The notes under the pieces were generated by a model. That model was not told the origin of the DNA, did no database searches, and worked only from the letters and a program-made list of their open reading frames with translations. The translations under genes and the position numbers were made by a program. This document shows, one piece after another, positions 42,632 through 44,471 of a stretch of DNA of 44,471 nt; positions within the stretch are counted from its first letter, which is position 1; each line of letters starts with the position of its first letter. This DNA comes from a virus, in IMG/VR virus record IMGVR_UViG_3300020325_000001. One strand, given 5' to 3'.

Positions 42632-42700
42632 TGCTTACTGAGAATAATTCTCAACAAGCGAAGCGATCTGTCTGCCGGTTAACGTACTGTCTACCACATG

Positions 42701-42729
42701 TTGACACAGGGGGTGGGGTGTGCCATACT
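42701..42729 (+). promoter_or_regulatory. Sigma70-type early promoter 1
   Basis: The layout is TTGACA, 17 nt, then (TGC)CATACT. The upstream box ACTGTCTACCA lies at 42686-42696. The predicted +1 is near 42736, giving a 20-nt leader with AGAGG before ATG 42756. Confidence 0.65.
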
Positions 42730-42755
42730 ATATGCATACAAGACACACAGAGGTT

Positions 42756-43124
42756 ATGCGACTCATCGAAGAACAAATGTGCAGTGCAGTTATTAACAAG
42801 AATGACTGGCGTAAAGACAACACAGAAGTTATGTACTCACCATCTCGTGATGTGTGCTGTGTATACCTGCACAAGAATCTTATCGCTACCATTGACAACA
42901 ACAGCGTTGAAGTATATGATGGTGGTTGGCAATCAAACACAACCAAATCACGCTTAAATGCTATCATCAATGGGTTGTGTGATGGTTACAATCAAGGCAT
43001 TTATCAGCACCAGTTTGAGTGGTTCATTCGTGATGACAATGAGGGTATGCAACGCAGCCACGCTGCTGGTAAGATTCACCAGGATATTCCTTTCGAGCAC
43101 GGTTACACTTTCTCCCGCGTTTGA
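42756..43124 (+). CDS. Hypothetical early protein (122 aa from ATG 42756)
   Basis: In frame with track ORF 42720..43124. The start was chosen downstream of the predicted transcription start. The product contains ...LHKNLIATIDNNSVEVYDGGWQSNTTKSRLNAIINGL... Confidence 0.6.
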   Translation: MRLIEEQMCSAVINKNDWRKDNTEVMYSPSRDVCCVYLHKNLIATIDNNSVEVYDGGWQSNTTKSRLNAIINGLCDGYNQGIYQHQFEWFIRDDNEGMQRSHAAGKIHQDIPFEHGYTFSRV

Positions 43125-43126
43125 TT

Positions 43127-43279
43127 ATGTACGAATACATCAACATGTGGTACGATTCATTGAACGATGCTATCGCCCACGCTGATGAGTATTACACACT
43201 TGAACCATATCGTAACAGGTTCGGTGAATACTACTACGCATACATTTCTGCAATTAATGACTACGACTTTGACAACTAA
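43127..43279 (+). CDS. Hypothetical Tyr-rich acidic protein (50 aa)
   Basis: The ORF runs from ATG 43127 to TAA 43277-43279. The product is MYEYINMWYDSLNDAIAHADEYYTLEPYRNRFGEYYYAYISAINDYDFDN. Confidence 0.4.
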   Translation: MYEYINMWYDSLNDAIAHADEYYTLEPYRNRFGEYYYAYISAINDYDFDN

Positions 43280-43430
43280 AGTTAAACTCAAGGATGTCAC
43301 ATTCACACGCGGCAGTAAACCAATCAAAACGCTGCTATGGTGTAATCAACAGAAACGCGCTAAGCGTAACAAACCAGCCAAGCTCAACGGCGTGCTGGTG
43401 TCTGAGGTGCAACCATTCCACGAGCTGTGA
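43257..43430 (+). CDS. Hypothetical basic protein (57 aa)
   Basis: In frame with track ORF 43167..43430, starting from ATG 43257. Confidence 0.35.
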   Translation: MTTTLTTKVKLKDVTFTRGSKPIKTLLWCNQQKRAKRNKPAKLNGVLVSEVQPFHEL

Positions 43431-43455
43431 CAGCTAACAAGGTGCACACAACCGC

Positions 43456-43484
43456 TTGCAATCCACGCCATAACCTGCCATACT
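43456..43484 (+). promoter_or_regulatory. Sigma70-type early promoter 2 (predicts a leaderless mRNA)
   Basis: The layout is TTGCAA, 17 nt, then (TGC)CATACT. Exactly 6 nt separate the -10 box from ATG 43491. Confidence 0.6.
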
Positions 43485-43490
43485 AACAGC

Positions 43491-43658
43491 ATGAACAAAC
43501 AACCCATCCGCTTCAACTCCAACGGCGTCTACGCTTCTGATGAGCGCCTTGCTAGCATTGCTGCTGAGTGTATCGCTGCTGAGCGTGCTAACCTCGCTGC
43601 TGCTCGTGCTGCGCGTGCTGCTGGTGCTAACGAGTCCACCTGGCAAGTCAATTGGTAA
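43491..43658 (+). CDS. Hypothetical Ala-rich protein (55 aa)
   Basis: ATG 43491 sits at the predicted +1 of promoter 2. The product is MNKQPIRFNSNGVYASDERLASIAAECIAAERANLAAARAARAAGANESTWQVNW. It was preferred over the antisense track ORF 43434..43685. Confidence 0.45.
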   Translation: MNKQPIRFNSNGVYASDERLASIAAECIAAERANLAAARAARAAGANESTWQVNW

Positions 43659-43673
43659 ACTGTCTACCATCGG

Positions 43674-43702
43674 TTGACTTCTCACTCATTCTCTGCCATA
43701 CT
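43674..43702 (+). promoter_or_regulatory. Sigma70-type early promoter 3 (predicts a leaderless mRNA)
   Basis: The layout is TTGACT, 17 nt, then (TGC)CATACT. The upstream box ACTGTCTACCA lies at 43659-43669. Exactly 6 nt separate the -10 box from ATG 43709. Confidence 0.65.
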
Positions 43703-43708
43703 TAGTTC

Positions 43709-43909
43709 ATGACTTACACACCACACCAGCTCCGCTCCGCTCTCATTGCCGAGCACGAGTTCTTTGCTCATGACGACGCTAGCCTTATGCATCCCGACGA
43801 CTATCGTATGCATATTGCACCTATGCTACTTGACGAGCTTGTCGCTGAGACTGACACTGAAGACGCTGACGATCTCGACTTCTACATGTCATGCTGGCTG
43901 CCTGCCTGA
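43709..43909 (+). CDS. Hypothetical strongly acidic protein (66 aa)
   Basis: Track ORF whose ATG sits at the predicted +1 of promoter 3. It has D/E-rich stretches (DELVAETDTEDADDLDF). Confidence 0.55.
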   Translation: MTYTPHQLRSALIAEHEFFAHDDASLMHPDDYRMHIAPMLLDELVAETDTEDADDLDFYMSCWLPA

Positions 43910-43980
43910 TCGTTACACTGAGCGCATGCGTGCGTTCACTGTAGCTATCATTGCTACTTATTCACTCTACACATTCACAC

Positions 43981-44226
43981 ATGTCTTTTATCGTTCGTAA
44001 CTCTTCCTGCTCTGATGGTATCGCTGTTGATATTATCTCAGGTACTGCATCAGTTCTGTTTTCTAACGGTTCTGTGTATCGTTACACCAACGTGTCACGC
44101 CGTGCTATTGCTAACCTGTTGCTCAATCGTAACATGTCTCTCGGTTTCTGGATTAATGACAATCTGAAGGTTAACAAGCGTGTGTCGTTCACACAAACCT
44201 ACGACGCATTGCCTGCTGGTTGCTGA
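43981..44226 (+). CDS. KTSC-like small protein (paralog 1, 81 aa)
   Basis: GIAVDIISGTASVLFSNGSVYRYTNVSRRAIANLLLNRNMSLGFWINDNLK fits the KTSC pattern (v.F.nG.vY.Y.nV......l....S.G.f.n..i). ATG 43981 is in frame with track ORF 43951..44226. Confidence 0.55.
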   Translation: MSFIVRNSSCSDGIAVDIISGTASVLFSNGSVYRYTNVSRRAIANLLLNRNMSLGFWINDNLKVNKRVSFTQTYDALPAGC

Positions 44227-44301
44227 TAGTTACCTTGAGGGCATTCGTGCCTTCAATGTAGCTTTCACAGCTACAATTATCCACCTTATTTCACATACAC
44301 A

Positions 44302-44471
44302 ATGTTCTTTGTTCCTGCTGCACGTAACGCTATCAAGTCTTCCTCTATCGAGCAACTTGAGGTTTCTCCTCTGCATAATCAGGCTCTCGTTACCTACAAG
44401 AGCGGCAATCAGTACCTCTACAGCAACATCGATGAGGATGCAATGTTTGACATCCTGTTTCACAATGTCGA
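44302..44471 (+). CDS. KTSC-like small protein (paralog 2), 5' part running off the window end into the 77-nt overlap
   Basis: From ATG 44302 the product begins MFFVPAARNAIKSSSIEQLEVSPLHNQALVTYKSGNQYLYSNIDEDAMFDILFHNV... It continues at 78-147 after the overlap is collapsed. Confidence 0.6.
   Translation, partial: MFFVPAARNAIKSSSIEQLEVSPLHNQALVTYKSGNQYLYSNIDEDAMFDILFHNV
44395..44471. repeat. Second copy of the 77-nt terminal overlap
   Basis: Identical to bases 1-77. Confidence 0.95.

Noticed and set aside
42415-42657. 80-aa Arg-rich minus-strand ORF inside the GC-rich noncoding island
   Set aside because: The ORF is created by the GC-rich repeats (CGC/GCG runs reading as Arg and Ala). It has no start context and its strand opposes the rest of the genome. 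The region is better explained as structured noncoding DNA or RNA.
43434-43685. 83-aa minus-strand ORF
   Set aside because: It is the antisense shadow of the Ala-rich + strand ORF 43491-43658 (GCT repeats read as AGC/Ser). That + strand ORF sits exactly at the predicted +1 of a + strand promoter.
43746-44000. 84-aa alternative-frame ORF, and its counterpart open from 44180 across the junction to 160
   Set aside because: Both completely overlap better-supported genes (the acidic 66-aa ORF and KTSC-like paralog 2). They encode Leu/Ser/Cys/Thr-rich sequence typical of off-frame translation. The similarity between them is explained by the conserved nucleotide leader.
1-44471. Search for an integrase or attP module, transaldolase (talC) and a T7 gp3.5-type lysozyme, as seen in some related cyanopodoviruses
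   Set aside because: No ORF with the tyrosine-recombinase R..H..R..Y pattern, transaldolase-like sequence or amidase_2 motif was seen in the six-frame track. This absence rests on by-eye inspection only.

Overview
This window is a complete, circularly closed assembly of a T7-like marine cyanopodovirus. It has 44,394 unique bp plus a 77-nt end overlap, since bases 1-77 equal 44395-44471. Every convincing gene is on the + strand and the order is T7-like. The early region holds small ORFs, including an ArdA-like anti-restriction protein and two KTSC-like paralogs. Next come the single-subunit RNA polymerase, gp2.5-like SSB, endonuclease I, primase-helicase, and a DNA polymerase split into exonuclease and polymerase ORFs. 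These are followed by a 5'-3' exonuclease, DUF3310 and MazG-like proteins, ribonucleotide reductase alpha plus a short ferritin-like beta, portal and scaffold. A host-like island then carries hli, psbA, a signal-peptide beta-barrel-like protein and tiny basic ORFs. After it come the capsid, tail tube A/B, three internal core proteins (one with a C-terminal M15/LAS peptidase motif) and a 1200-aa mosaic tail fiber. The remainder is a Gly-rich fiber-like protein, a cluster of membrane or secreted small proteins, terS, an HNH endonuclease, a 369-aa unknown protein, terL and thyX. No integrase, tRNA gene, CRISPR array or T7-type lysozyme was seen. The main points of interest are below.
- A 350-bp GC-rich, repeat-dense noncoding region (42355-42700) is a candidate genome terminus or origin.
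- Three sigma70-like early promoters share TGCCATACT, and two of them predict leaderless mRNAs.
- An exact 18-nt repeat lies in front of an early ORF and in front of the RNA polymerase gene.
- A tRNA-like acceptor/T-arm minihelix and an exact T7 epsilon 9-mer lie in the capsid leader.
- A secreted/membrane gene cluster contains a 193-nt out-of-frame gene overlap.

All calls come from reading the sequence and from remembered family motifs. No database search was run.
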